A stretch of DNA of 64,000 nt, taken from the NCBI GenBank assembly GCA_028716845.1, contig JAQUPF010000004.1, forward strand, positions 128,730-192,729, read 5' to 3'. Shown in pieces: positions 49,468-58,378 of this stretch (within the stretch, counting starts at the first letter, position 1; the number at the start of each line of letters is the position of its first letter). The DNA is from a bacterium (GTDB lineage Bacteria; Auribacterota; Tritonobacteria; UBA1439). The notes beneath the pieces were generated by a model. That model ran no database searches, was not told the DNA's origin, and was given only the letters and a program-made list of their open reading frames with translations. A program made the position numbers and the translations under genes.

Positions 49468-52400
49468 TCACTGGGATATATTCAGGCCGAGTTGTTCACC
49501 CTCCTGTTCTTTCGCCTTCGGAGCCTCGCGCATTTCATCCGGGACGGGCGGCATTTCATCGGATCGGAAGCATTCGCCCTCAATGACAGCATTAAGGAGA
49601 TTAGCTTGCTCAGGATAGCATTCGACTGTTGCCTCCAGCACCCAGAGCAGTTCAAGGAGTTCGGTTGTAAACTGACTGGTCCATTTCTCAGGGCGGATAT
49701 CATCGAGGGGGGATGATTTCTTCCCGGCCCCTTTCTTCATGCGATATTTAAGCCATGATCGTACAACCTTGAGTCCCGAAACTTCATACTCGTAAACCTC
49801 GGGTGTGACAGGTAAGAACTTGCCATCGCCTACATGCAGCGTTCGGTTATTTTCTTCATAATGGAACGACTCAGGATAACCAGCAGAGCTGCCGGGGACA
49901 GCCTTCACGCACTTAGCCTTACCGGGTGGGATCTGCCCCAAGCGCTTGCCTTTAGGCACAAAGCGCTCACCGTAAGTATGCAACCACAGTAGTCGCGCCC
50001 CGATATCGGAAATCTTATCGAACAGCATGCCATCCTTTGTAATCGGCACTCTCAGCTCTCGCGTTTCTAGTTCCTTTTGAAATCGCGCGGTAAAGGCTGG
50101 CTGCGCCAAGACTCCATAAAGATAAGCTGCGAAATCCTCCGGCGCTACTTTCCGTATGTACACCTTGCCGAGCTGTTCGAGCAAGCCGGGGAGGATATTG
50201 GATTGCGTTGCGTTTCTTTTCCTGTACAGGGGTACAATATCTCTCCCTCCCCTTCCGGAAAAATAGTGACGATCGGGGATTTCAGCTGCTGATGTTAATG
50301 CTGGACCTTGCCCAAGTTCCAATGTCATCGAACTTGCAAGATAAAGCTGCTTTGGGCCATGAGTGCGCCAGAGATCGGGACGGAGGTAGTCTCCGATACG
50401 ATTGTCCGCAAACATCCATTGTCTATCGAACGAACGATATGCGTAGCGTTCAATCTGCGGCGGGGAGACATTACGTGGTAAATGATTAAGAGGACTGCCA
50501 TCTCCCTGCCGGAAATACAGAAGTGGGTACCTCAATGAAATCTTCCGATCTCGTGTCTCCTTAAAGGCATTAGCCCTATCGTCTGCGACAAGCAACGCTC
50601 GCCACCTTGATTTCAAGGTTTCTATCTCATGGCAAATTGGCCAAGTTCGTTTCATCTCGCAACCAGTATGTTGCCACGGCATAATATCAGTTAAAAGAGG
50701 CCAGTTGAAATAATGGCCCTTCCCCATAGGGCGAAATGGAGCATGCCAATCGTTAAGGCAGGCCTTCCACTCTACTTTGGAATAATCATCGATGGCTTCA
50801 AGCGCAGCAAGCTTGGTCTTGCTATCGCCCTCGATGCGGGAGTAATGGACTCGGGCGGGTTTGTCTTTATTCGCCTTCTTCGCGCGGACAGCGACGGCTA
50901 TGGCGACCGGGGTCTGAATGGCGAAAACGTTTTCGCTTTTTCGCGTACCGCGACCTTCTCCGCCAAGATCAAGAATCCATATCTCTTCACAAATTCGTCG
51001 CATATGTTCCCGCATCCCACAAAAGGCATCGCCATCCAGGTAACTTGATGCGCTGATAAAACTGACCACACCAGGGCATTGCGATTTCTCGTGTTCGAAG
51101 ACCTTCCAGAGCGCCCAGCGCCAGAAATAGACATAGAGATTATAGAGATTCTTGAGGTGGACGCCATGCCCGGCAGCTATGGCAGGATTAATGAAGTCGC
51201 GAAGAATAGAGCGTTTTTCTCTTTCTGATATCCTCGCCTTTGCGCTCGTGATTTTACGTATTTGACCCCTTTTGTCCCGCTTGCGGTCGTCGGGTAAAGG
51301 ATCTCCAAATCGAACCCAACCTCCATAGCGGGCCAGACTATCCTCTCGAGTAATATCCACGGCCTCGTGACGGTCGTAAGGAGGATTGCCCAAGCAGACA
51401 ATGACGGGAACGCTGTTCTTTACTTTGAGCGCCTTTGCGTGTTGCTCCGCGATGGGTCGCAGAAAGAAGGGCAATTGTGGAGGCTCGGCATGGGGGCTTT
51501 CAAGTGTGTCGGTCAGGAATATGTGGGTTCCGTCGGCGGGAAGTGATGCACCACGGTCACTCAGTGCACGGCTGACGCGCAACTCGGTCACAGCGTATGG
51601 ACCGACCATAATTTCGAATCCGAAGATGTTCTTTGCAAGCTCAGTTGCCTGTCCCTTGACGGCCCCTTTGCCCTGCTCAGACTTGACCCGCTCCAGGGCA
51701 TGTTCAATGACACCGAGCAGATAGGTGCCTGTCCCGGCGGCGGGGTCAAGCGTGATGACGCTGGGATCGGCAAAACCCAACGGCTTGTTGAGGCGGTTGA
51801 CAAGAAGATCGTCTATCAAGCGCACCTGGCAGTGAACGACTTCAATCGGTGTGTAGTATGCTCCAGCGTCCTTGCGTAGTTTGGGATCATAAACGGAGAG
51901 GAAATGTTCATAGAAATACAACCATGGGTCCTCAGGACCGATAAATGCGGCAGTGGGAACGGCGGCGATAACGCGGAGAAGTAGATCAAGAGAGGTTGTA
52001 ATTTCGGCGCGTGCGCGATTATCGGTCAGAACTTGGAGTGCACGGGCAAGGAGATTATGTTGCGCCGCGAGCGCCTTTTCAGCGCTGGCGAGTGTTAATG
52101 GTTCGGCTCCTTCACTACGCCCCAGGAGTAAGCCAAAGGTGACGGTTTGGGCATAGGCGTCAGCAAATTGCTCATCAGGCGCATCGGGAAATAGTAATTG
52201 CCGCCAGTCCCTGGCGAGTTCAACCAGCGGCGATGACGGGTCTTTGAGCGCATCTATCACATCATCGCGCAACATCCGGCAGAGTGGTGCGAGCAGAGCT
52301 GCGAACGCCTTGAGGTCGATCTTCCCCTTCCGATCTCTCGGGATGAGCGGTTGCCACAAGAAAAAGTCGCGCAGAAGGTGTTCAAGCGCAGCCGCATTTT

Positions 52401-52851
52401 GTGTGGAAACAGCCTTCTTGCCGTCCGCAGCCACATTGCCGGAGAGTCGCACAATCCTACCAGCAAGTTCACCATTGCGATAAAGCGCCCATTCATTGCC
52501 ATCGGTATAGAGAATATTGGGAATGGCCGAAAAGCGCTTGAATTGTTCGCGGTTATGTCCTTTGAATCGCGTTGCAAACGCGCCGACTCCGGGAGCTTTA
52601 AGTTCGACGTACCCGACGAGCAGCTTCTTGACGTGAACGGCGTAATCGGGACGGCCAAGTCGGTTAGGAAGGCGCGTTTCCCCGATACAAACAATATTCC
52701 ATCCAAGGGCTTTAGCTACGGCTGCCTTAAAGTTCTCGAAAGGGCCCCGCAACTGATCCTCGGGCTCACCGGTAGTGAGCTGTGTCATCTTGGCCTTCAC
52801 GTTGGTCGCGAAGGTTTCCAAGGATTCGCGTATCGAGATGATCTTGCTCAT
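49468..52851 (-). CDS. Type IIG restriction-modification enzyme (MmeI-like: PD-ExK nuclease plus gamma-class N6-adenine MTase plus TRD)
   Basis: The N-terminal PD...ELK is RPDYAVHVKKLLVGYVELKAPG. MTase motif I is LDPAAGTGTYL and motif IV is GNPPYD. There are no helicase motifs. It is 1127-1143 aa depending on start (M at 52899 or 52851). Confidence 0.75.
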   Translation of the reverse strand: MSKIISIRESLETFATNVKAKMTQLTTGEPEDQLRGPFENFKAAVAKALGWNIVCIGETRLPNRLGRPDYAVHVKKLLVGYVELKAPGVGAFATRFKGHNREQFKRFSAIPNILYTDGNEWALYRNGELAGRIVRLSGNVAADGKKAVSTQNAAALEHLLRDFFLWQPLIPRDRKGKIDLKAFAALLAPLCRMLRDDVIDALKDPSSPLVELARDWRQLLFPDAPDEQFADAYAQTVTFGLLLGRSEGAEPLTLASAEKALAAQHNLLARALQVLTDNRARAEITTSLDLLLRVIAAVPTAAFIGPEDPWLYFYEHFLSVYDPKLRKDAGAYYTPIEVVHCQVRLIDDLLVNRLNKPLGFADPSVITLDPAAGTGTYLLGVIEHALERVKSEQGKGAVKGQATELAKNIFGFEIMVGPYAVTELRVSRALSDRGASLPADGTHIFLTDTLESPHAEPPQLPFFLRPIAEQHAKALKVKNSVPVIVCLGNPPYDRHEAVDITREDSLARYGGWVRFGDPLPDDRKRDKRGQIRKITSAKARISEREKRSILRDFINPAIAAGHGVHLKNLYNLYVYFWRWALWKVFEHEKSQCPGVVSFISASSYLDGDAFCGMREHMRRICEEIWILDLGGEGRGTRKSENVFAIQTPVAIAVAVRAKKANKDKPARVHYSRIEGDSKTKLAALEAIDDYSKVEWKACLNDWHAPFRPMGKGHYFNWPLLTDIMPWQHTGCEMKRTWPICHEIETLKSRWRALLVADDRANAFKETRDRKISLRYPLLYFRQGDGSPLNHLPRNVSPPQIERYAYRSFDRQWMFADNRIGDYLRPDLWRTHGPKQLYLASSMTLELGQGPALTSAAEIPDRHYFSGRGGRDIVPLYRKRNATQSNILPGLLEQLGKVYIRKVAPEDFAAYLYGVLAQPAFTARFQKELETRELRVPITKDGMLFDKISDIGARLLWLHTYGERFVPKGKRLGQIPPGKAKCVKAVPGSSAGYPESFHYEENNRTLHVGDGKFLPVTPEVYEYEVSGLKVVRSWLKYRMKKGAGKKSSPLDDIRPEKWTSQFTTELLELLWVLEATVECYPEQANLLNAVIEGECFRSDEMPPVPDEMREAPKAKEQEGEQLGLNISQ

Positions 52852-52964
52852 GCCGATATTGCCTTTGGATCCTTTAGGCAATTCATATCCCGTTAACACA
52901 GAAGATTATCTGTAGAGTATAACAATGCTTCCGAAATCAGGTTCCCAGATTATCCATCGACTGA

Positions 52965-53660
52965 TTACCGTCTCATTGTATCAAGTGTAACCCAATCGCC
53001 AGGAGCCCGCTCGTATCGCCAGAATGTCCACCCGTTGCAGGTTCTTCGTTTACAGGCCGCCGCCGCAGCGAGTGAGGGAGATGTGTATACCTTCCCGTTC
53101 AAGAGAATCGTTCCATCGCGCCGAACCCGCGCCTGGATACGCTGCCCTTTGTGCTTTCCTCGAATTATGAATGGACCTGAATTATATTTCCTCAGTACAG
53201 CGTTCCGCCCCCCCGGGGCTTCTATGAGCTCCTCCCGCTTTTGCGCAACACACGTCTCGCCGAACAGCCCATCAATCCGCTCTTGAAAATCCCGTTTGAT
53301 TTGCTGGCGGAACTTCCGTTGTAAGTTTTCAGAACGGGCGAACTTCCCTTTCTGCTTGTTCCCGGGGGGCTGCACCACGCGCAGGATCAATGATTCGAGT
53401 TCCCTCAGATTGTCACTGCCGATGGTCAGATAGACGGAGAACCGATCCCAGGAGTCCCTGTGCTTGTCCCGGAGATGATGTCTTAACCGGCTGCGAAGGT
53501 TTGTTGCAAGCCCCACATAATAGAGCTTCCCACGCCGATACAACGCGTATACCCCCTGCCGGCGCCGGACATAGTGTCGGATGATATTCAGGTGCTTTTC
53601 CAATGCCTCGCGCGAGATATTCTCAAGATGCTGACACACTAGCTGAGAGTGCTTGGCCAT
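52965..53660 (-). CDS. GIY-YIG nuclease domain protein with a C-terminal DUF4357-like region
   Basis: The GIY-YIG motif is GVYALYRRGKLYYVGLATNLRSRLRHH. The C-terminus has a conserved GWTFW. The start MAKHSQL follows a GGGGGAG RBS. Confidence 0.6.
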   Translation of the reverse strand: MAKHSQLVCQHLENISREALEKHLNIIRHYVRRRQGVYALYRRGKLYYVGLATNLRSRLRHHLRDKHRDSWDRFSVYLTIGSDNLRELESLILRVVQPPGNKQKGKFARSENLQRKFRQQIKRDFQERIDGLFGETCVAQKREELIEAPGGRNAVLRKYNSGPFIIRGKHKGQRIQARVRRDGTILLNGKVYTSPSLAAAAACKRRTCNGWTFWRYERAPGDWVTLDTMRR

Positions 53661-53798
53661 TATCTCCCCCCCGCCTTCAATGCTATCCAACTCTATGATG
53701 GCTATGGATGGAGTAGTTCCCCTGTGGATTTCTCGCCATAACTTGTCCTGTGAATGTGTGCAAGTCAACCGGTCTGTGCTGCTTGCCAGCAATCTCTT

Positions 53799-55808
53799 TC
53801 AGTCAACAGCCGGACCCGCCTCCGGTGACCCCTCTCCCCCATTCTCCTCGGGAGGCATTGGGGGGGAGGCAGCCACTGTATGTGCCGCGGCAGGGAGGTG
53901 AGCCCGGGCGGCCTCAGCCGCTTCCGATTTAAGTCGCTCAGCCTTGCGACGATACTTTCTCGCCGGAGGGTAATTCGGTTTGAGTTCAAGTGCTTTATCA
54001 TAGTCGGCAATAGCCCGATCGTACTCCCCCATATCCTTGTATACATTGCCCCGATGATAATAGTAATACGCGCTATTCGGCCGCAGTGCGATGGCTTCCG
54101 TATAATCAGCGATCGCATGGGGGCTATCACCCTTTCCGTGATATGCCCTGGCCCGGTCCACATAAGCTTGAAGAAAAGTGGGATCCAGTTCGATCGCCCT
54201 GTTGAAGTCCGCGATGGCACTATCATTATCAAGCTGGTTAAGGTGCCAAGAGCCGCGACAGCGAAGCGCTTTCACGTGATTCGGATCAAGTTCAATCGCC
54301 TTGTCGAAGTCCGCAATTGCGCGTGCGCGCTCGCCAATGCGAAGGAGAACGTTGCCACGATTGTAATGAGCATCCGCATATTGTGGGTCTAATGCTATCG
54401 CCATGCTGTAATCGGCAAGAGCCTTCTCATGTTCCCGTTGTTGCACGTGACAGTATCCCCGATTCAGGAAAGAGAGCATATGGTTTGGTCGCAGTTCAAT
54501 CGCCCTGCTGTAATCCGCAATCGCCTTGTCGAAGTCCTCTCTCAGGCGGTGCGCATTGCCCCGGTTGTAATGTGCGGGGTGGCTTCTCGGATCAAGCTCG
54601 ATCGCCTTTGTGTAATCGGCGATTGCCTTGTCCCATTCACGGGCATGGCGGTGCGCAACGCCCCTGCTGTTATACGCCGGGGAGCAATGCGGATCCAGTT
54701 CGATCGCCTCATTCGCGAATGCGAGGGCCCGCGTGTGATCGCCTTTCGCGTTATAGACAAGCGCCATTCCGTTGTATGGATAGGCATAGCGGGGGAAAAG
54801 CTCGATTGCCTTTTCATAGTCCGCAAGGGCAAGATCGTATTCACCTTGCTCTTTATAGAGATTGCCTCGATTATTATAGGCATATGCGTACTTGGGGTTG
54901 AGTTCGATCGCTCGGTTATAATCGGCGAGCGCTTTGTCATACTCCCCCTTGTCCAAGTACGCATTCCCGCGATTGTTGTACACAATGGTATAATCCGCAT
55001 CCAGGTTTATCGCCGCGGTATAATCATCGATCGCCCGATCATTATCCCCCTTCCCCCTGTATGCGCAGCCGCGATCCTTGTATGCCGATGCTCGGGAGGG
55101 ATCAAGCTCTATCAATGAACCATAATCATCGATGGCCTTGTCATACTCGCGCATATCCAAATACACGCCGGCACGGGCACGATAGGGAGTTCTATCCCCG
55201 GGCCTCAGTTCAATCGCCCTGCTGAAATCATCAACCGCACACGAGAAATTGCGCATATTCCTGTATGCCCTGCCTCGACTGATGTAAGCTCTTGGATAAT
55301 CCGGCCTCAAGCCGATGACCGTGCTGTAATCCGCAATTTCCGATTCATAATCCTTTATCCTGCGATATGAAGCGGCACGACTCATGTACGCGCCGATGAA
55401 ATCAGGCTTCAGTGTGATTGAGCGAGAATAATCGTTGATCGCAGATTGATAATATTTCCCGGTCTGAAACAGATTGCCACGAATGGAGTATAGACCAGGT
55501 TCGGCCGGGTTCAGATTGATCGCGGTGTTGAGATCCGCGAGTGCGCGGTCGTAATCACCCTCGGCCATATAAATGAACGCACGAACGCAATATAACCGGG
55601 CATCCTTCGGCTCAAGGGCAATCGCCTTATTGCACATGTCTATCGCACCGGCATGATCACCGTTTAAATGGCAGGCGAAGCTCTGTTTCATGCAGGCTTC
55701 GATCGCGGAGGAATCGCGCCGCGGAATACGGCAGGATGTCACCAGAAGCAGAAGCATCAGGATGGGAAGAACGAGGAGCCACCTTCTGCTACATCCCATT
55801 GCATTCAT
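53799..55808 (-). CDS. TPR-repeat lipoprotein
   Basis: The signal and lipobox LLLLLVTSC are followed by more than 15 tandem 34-aa TPR units (AxxYxxRGxxYxxxGxYDxAIxDY). Confidence 0.8.
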   Translation of the reverse strand: MNAMGCSRRWLLVLPILMLLLLVTSCRIPRRDSSAIEACMKQSFACHLNGDHAGAIDMCNKAIALEPKDARLYCVRAFIYMAEGDYDRALADLNTAINLNPAEPGLYSIRGNLFQTGKYYQSAINDYSRSITLKPDFIGAYMSRAASYRRIKDYESEIADYSTVIGLRPDYPRAYISRGRAYRNMRNFSCAVDDFSRAIELRPGDRTPYRARAGVYLDMREYDKAIDDYGSLIELDPSRASAYKDRGCAYRGKGDNDRAIDDYTAAINLDADYTIVYNNRGNAYLDKGEYDKALADYNRAIELNPKYAYAYNNRGNLYKEQGEYDLALADYEKAIELFPRYAYPYNGMALVYNAKGDHTRALAFANEAIELDPHCSPAYNSRGVAHRHAREWDKAIADYTKAIELDPRSHPAHYNRGNAHRLREDFDKAIADYSRAIELRPNHMLSFLNRGYCHVQQREHEKALADYSMAIALDPQYADAHYNRGNVLLRIGERARAIADFDKAIELDPNHVKALRCRGSWHLNQLDNDSAIADFNRAIELDPTFLQAYVDRARAYHGKGDSPHAIADYTEAIALRPNSAYYYYHRGNVYKDMGEYDRAIADYDKALELKPNYPPARKYRRKAERLKSEAAEAARAHLPAAAHTVAASPPMPPEENGGEGSPEAGPAVD

Positions 55809-55823
55809 TGAATGGATGGAACC

Positions 55824-55948
55824 CGTAGACGTTGTATATATCGCGCTCGGGTCGAACAGGATAGAAACTTATTCGCCCCCGGGGGCTCTGGGGGCGAATA
55901 AGTCCGCATCATCCTGCGGCCGGGGCAGTTGCATAACACGTCTTCTAC
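55824..55948. repeat. PRE copy K, complete about 125-bp palindromic element (type copy)
   Basis: GTAGACGTTGTATATATCGCGCTCGGGTCGAACAGGATAGAAACTTATTCGCCCCCgggggctctGGGGGCGAATAAGTCCGCATCATCCTGCGGCCGGGGCAGTTGCATAACACGTCTTCTAC. The stop codon of the downstream minus-strand gene is the terminal CTA. Confidence 0.85.
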
Positions 55949-57264
55949 CGGGCCGGCGGCTCCTCCAGCCGCACCAGCAGCCGTTGCTGGGTTTGGCCGT
56001 CCGCGAAGTGGAGCAGGACGGGCACGGTGTCCCCGGTGAGATTGCCCACTCCGCATTCCATGACCGGCCGGGTCGTGCCGGACACCGTCCACGCCGCGCG
56101 CTGCGACGCCTTGTCGGCCATGCCCTCGATGGTCCGCGTGTCACCGGTGGACGCGTCGTGGATCATGCCGCCGATGATGCCCTCCCTGCTGATGTCGAGT
56201 TGCAGGAACTGCGACGGCTCGGGGCCGGACGGCTGGCCGTCCTGCGTCAGGGCGAACACGCCAAGCGGCATCCACTCGACCGTGTCGGGGGCGACCTCCG
56301 GAGCGCTGCCGGCGATCTGTTCCGCCTGCTCCGCGTACTCATCCGCCGACGCGATGACCTGATCACCGTAATAGACCGAATTGTCCTGGTAGTAGACGTT
56401 CTCGCCGTACGAGTAGTACACGGGCTCCCGCCACCCGTAGCCGACCCAGCCGACCATCATGGGCCACGTGGCCCAACCGTAGGGATGCGTGACGCGCCAG
56501 GAGGCCCAGTTGGGGTGATCCGACCAGAAGTCGAGCCGGGGATAGTTGTCCCTGACCTGATCGCGGATTTCGTCGCGCCGCTCGACGCGATCGCCCTGCA
56601 GCTTCTGGCGGTTCTCGATCCGGTCCGGTCGCCTGGCGGAGATGTCGCCGCGCCGGTCCGGGCGGCTCTCGATGCGATCGGCGCGGGCTTCAGCCGGCCG
56701 GGGACGGCCCTCGATCCTCCCCGCGGCGGGACGGCCCTCTGCGCCGCGCCCCTGGAGGAACTCGGCCGCGGCGCCGCCGGCCGCAGGGCCCCACGTCCGG
56801 TCCCCGGTCCTCGAACCGGCTGACGGCCTCGGCATGTCCAGGAAATGCTGCAGATCGGCGCTCGAGGGCCGGGCCCCGGCGCCGGGCCGGGCCCCCGCGC
56901 CCGGGAAGGCGCCTCCACCGGGATGGGTGCCCGCGCCCGGGAAGGCGCCTCCACCGGGACGGGTGCCCGCGCCCGGGAAGGCGCCTCCGCCGGGACGGGT
57001 GCCGTGTGACGGAGCGCGGCTGATCGAGGGTGAACGGCCCACCGACGCGCTCGGGCGGCTCCCTCCGCCGCCATGCATGCTTCTCCCTCCCCCGTACGAT
57101 CCGCCTCCGACGCGGCCGCCGCCGCCGCGCGCTCCTCCGCCGCCGCGCCCCCCTCCGCCGCGTCCCCCGCCGCCGCGTCCCCCGCCGCCGCGGGCCGGCA
57201 CGTCACCGACCGTCAACAGGAGGACCGCCGCCACGACCATGCCGACGCGAACAACCCTGTTCAT
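55945..57264 (-). CDS. Secreted glycine-rich low-complexity protein with internal tandem repeats
   Basis: The signal peptide is MNRVVRVGMVVAAVLLLTVG. It has (GGGGR)x6 and (TRPGGGAFPGAG)x3 repeats and a globular W/Y-rich C-terminus. Confidence 0.6.
   Translation of the reverse strand: MNRVVRVGMVVAAVLLLTVGDVPARGGGGRGGGGRGGGGRGGGGARGGGGRVGGGSYGGGRSMHGGGGSRPSASVGRSPSISRAPSHGTRPGGGAFPGAGTRPGGGAFPGAGTHPGGGAFPGAGARPGAGARPSSADLQHFLDMPRPSAGSRTGDRTWGPAAGGAAAEFLQGRGAEGRPAAGRIEGRPRPAEARADRIESRPDRRGDISARRPDRIENRQKLQGDRVERRDEIRDQVRDNYPRLDFWSDHPNWASWRVTHPYGWATWPMMVGWVGYGWREPVYYSYGENVYYQDNSVYYGDQVIASADEYAEQAEQIAGSAPEVAPDTVEWMPLGVFALTQDGQPSGPEPSQFLQLDISREGIIGGMIHDASTGDTRTIEGMADKASQRAAWTVSGTTRPVMECGVGNLTGDTVPVLLHFADGQTQQRLLVRLEEPPAR
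56898..57005. repeat. 36-bp tandem repeat x3 (coding) inside the Gly-rich gene
   Basis: GCCCGGGAAGGCGCCTCCACCGGGA(T/C)GGGTGCCCGC is repeated three times. A 15-bp GGGGR-coding repeat array follows at about 57098-57190. Confidence 0.7.
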
Positions 57265-57342
57265 GACCTGTTCCTCTCCTCATTCGGGAACCGCGCGCGC
57301 CGCGCTCGGACATGCAACGCGACCGGCCGCCCCCGCGGGGGA

Positions 57343-58233
57343 TCACTGTTTCGTGATCCTGACCTCCTCGACATCCGGCAGCAGTTCGCCGTCCACCATG
57401 CGGTTGACGGACTGGATCGTGCACGTTTCGTCATCCAGGCGCGTGATGATGTTCACGGACGAGGATTGCCGCCCCCCGGGCAGGACGCCGCCCTGATGGA
57501 TATACCAGCGGTTGCCCTTCCGCTTCCACGTCCCCTGGCCGAAGCCGCCGTCCGAATCGAAGACCCAGGAGCGGATCTGTTTCGCCGCCGGGTCCCAGCC
57601 GACTATCTGCATCCCGGCCATGTCGATGCGGTCGCGGATCTGGACGGTGAAGAAGCGGGTCAGGAAGTTGTTGTTCCGCGTCCAGCCGCATTCGGTGACC
57701 ACCGTCGCCTCGTCATCCTGGTCGACCCACCGTCCGGTCAGCCATTCCAGCTCTTTCAACTGCTCGTAGTGCGAGGGGATGGCGGGCGTTTCCTCCTCGG
57801 TGACGCGGTCCAGCAGCCAGCGGTCGCCGCTCCTGATGTAGATCGCGGCGTACTCGGATTCCTCCGGCGGCGCGTCCGGAACCGCGAGCCTGGCCGTCCC
57901 GTGCTCGACGGCGACGCTCGGAGAGATGAACTGGATGGAATCCGTTTTCGCCTCCAGCGTGGCGCCTTCCGCCCCGGCGAGGACGGCGGCGAACTCCTTT
58001 TCGATCGCCTCGCGCCCGACCACCTCCACGCCGCTCCGCGGATTCGTGTAGACGGCCGCGGGCGACCACAGCGCCGCCAGGGCCTTCGCGTCTCCCTTGT
58101 TGAACGCGGCGACGTACGCCTCCACGGCCTTCCGGATCGCCGCCTCGTCGGCGGCCTGCCGATCGGTTTCCGCCCCGGCACCCGAGGCCAGGCCCCATGC
58201 CGCCATCGCGGCGGCCACCAGCATGCGTTTCAT
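57343..58233 (-). CDS. Secreted SnoaL-like / DUF4440 (NTF2-fold) tandem-domain protein
   Basis: The signal peptide precedes IRKAVEAYVAAFNKGDAKALAALWSPAAVY, typical of NTF2-like DUF4440/SnoaL_3. A second NTF2-like half follows. Confidence 0.55.
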   Translation of the reverse strand: MKRMLVAAAMAAWGLASGAGAETDRQAADEAAIRKAVEAYVAAFNKGDAKALAALWSPAAVYTNPRSGVEVVGREAIEKEFAAVLAGAEGATLEAKTDSIQFISPSVAVEHGTARLAVPDAPPEESEYAAIYIRSGDRWLLDRVTEEETPAIPSHYEQLKELEWLTGRWVDQDDEATVVTECGWTRNNNFLTRFFTVQIRDRIDMAGMQIVGWDPAAKQIRSWVFDSDGGFGQGTWKRKGNRWYIHQGGVLPGGRQSSSVNIITRLDDETCTIQSVNRMVDGELLPDVEEVRITKQ

Positions 58234-58249
58234 CCTCCCCTCCTCCGTT

Positions 58250-58378
58250 TGATCAAAGACGTATTATATAACCAACACGGCACCAATGAGATAGGAACTA
58301 TTTCCCCCTCAACATCCAACGGCCGGATTGATCCGCATCATGCCGCGGCCGGAGCAGTTGCATAACAAGTCTTCTAGA
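58250..58378. repeat. PRE copy L (full length, degenerate centre)
   Basis: AAGACGTATTATATA...GGATTGATCCGCATCATGCCGCGGCCGGAGCAGTTGCATAACAAGTCTTCTAG has a right arm about 90% identical to copy K. It overlaps the stop of the ABC permease gene. Confidence 0.7.
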
